This document shows, one piece after another, positions 63,185 through 64,000 of a stretch of DNA of 64,000 bases; positions within the stretch are counted from its first letter, which is position 1; each line of letters begins with the position of its first letter. The position numbers were made by a program, and so were the translations under genes. The notes under the pieces are model-generated. The model saw only the letters and a list, made by a program, of their open reading frames with translations. It did not search any database and was not told where the DNA came from. Source of the DNA: Myxococcota bacterium (GTDB lineage: Bacteria; Myxococcota_A; UBA796; CAJQPC01); the NCBI GenBank assembly GCA_036012755.1, contig DASCPX010000129.1, positions 96,001-160,000 on the forward strand, read 5' to 3'.

Positions 63185-63766
63185 ATGTTCATAGCACTCA
63201 TTTCCTTGGTTCACTCCGCCGAGCCTGCCCTCGCCGACGGAGATCTCGTCTTCCAGCGCTCCCGCTCGGACCAGGCCGCGGCCATCGCGCTCGCGACCGG
63301 GTCGCCGTGGACCCACATGGGCGTAGTCTTCCTCGTCGACGGCGAGCCGATGGTGCTCGAGGCCGTCCAGCCGGTGAAGTGGACACCCTATTCGGCGTGG
63401 GTGGCTCGAGGAGTCGACGGCGAGGTCCACGTGAAGCGGCTGAAGGAGCCACCGGACGCCGAACAGATCGCGGCCATGCGGACCCTCGGCGAGTCCTGGG
63501 TGGGCCTCGACTACGACCTCGCCTTCGGCTGGAGCGACGATCGGATGTACTGCTCGGAGCTCGCGTGGAAGCTCTACGACCGAGGCGCCGACGAGCAGGT
63601 CGGTGAGCTGGCGCGCTTCGGTGACCACGCGCTGGAGCACCCGGAGGTTCGCCGGAAGCTGGAGCAGCGCTACGGGAAGGACCTGCCCCTCGCGGAGACG
63701 GTCATCAGCCCGGGGGCGATGTACGACGATCCCGATTTGACCCTGGTCCTGCCCAGCGCCGAGTAG
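63185..63766 (+). CDS. YiiX/YebB-like permuted papain-like (NlpC/P60) enzyme
   Basis: GDLVFQ, WTHMG, LEA, YD..F, MYCSEL. Confidence 0.92.
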   Translation: MFIALISLVHSAEPALADGDLVFQRSRSDQAAAIALATGSPWTHMGVVFLVDGEPMVLEAVQPVKWTPYSAWVARGVDGEVHVKRLKEPPDAEQIAAMRTLGESWVGLDYDLAFGWSDDRMYCSELAWKLYDRGADEQVGELARFGDHALEHPEVRRKLEQRYGKDLPLAETVISPGAMYDDPDLTLVLPSAE

Positions 63767-63769
63767 GCG

Positions 63770-64000
63770 CTACCAGCGGGGGCGACCCGGCACGCCGCCG
63801 ACGTACTCCGCGCTGTGGCCTTGGAAGCTGCTGACGATCGGGGTCGAGGCCAGGCCCCCCCAGGTGCGCGCGACGGGGACCAGCAGCAGGGCGGCGAGGG
63901 TGGCCAGGGCCAGCCATGAGCGCCGCTTCGCGGGGCGCCAGCCCTTGTGGACTGCGCGCAGACCCATCGCGACGACACAGGCCCCGTTGAGGTGTTCGTG
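63770..64000 (-). CDS. 3' end of a membrane protein, partial at the window edge
   Basis: Frame is open to the window end; hydrophobic segments. Confidence 0.45.
   Translation of the reverse strand, partial: HEHLNGACVVAMGLRAVHKGWRPAKRRSWLALATLAALLLVPVARTWGGLASTPIVSSFQGHSAEYVGGVPGRPRW

Overview
High-GC (roughly 70% by eye), gene-dense chromosomal window, most consistent with a Myxococcota/deltaproteobacterial genome (FHA-sigma54 activator, acidic TPR proteins, Cys-rich and PKD-repeat lipoproteins; inference). About 55 CDSs. They include a DUF3015-like/zincin-DUF4105(Lnb-like) pair, a FadR-controlled redox operon (DUF362, ALDH, tocopherol-cyclase-like, GMC oxidase), a histidine kinase and two sigma54 activators, thyX, a heterodimeric ABC exporter, a polyprenol kinase, dksA, map, two tandem arylsulfotransferase-like lipoproteins, a thioester alpha-2-macroglobulin, a candidate surface-glycosylation locus (two GT-C-like proteins, two PKD lipoproteins, TMTC-like, GT4, B12 radical SAM), asparaginase, thiE/thiG, an OPT transporter, an MBOAT/SGNH pair and a YiiX-like amidase. 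I saw no rRNA, tRNA, CRISPR array or transposase. The most unusual signals span the window: (1) eight lipoproteins with ultra-short, uncharged signal peptides (Cys at residue 7-11); (2) repeated TAnnnT-N6-8-GTG leaderless starts; (3) probable CTG/GTA starts inside stop-start overlaps; (4) several genes collapsed by internal deletions or frameshifts. Family names come from motifs recognised by eye, not from database searches.
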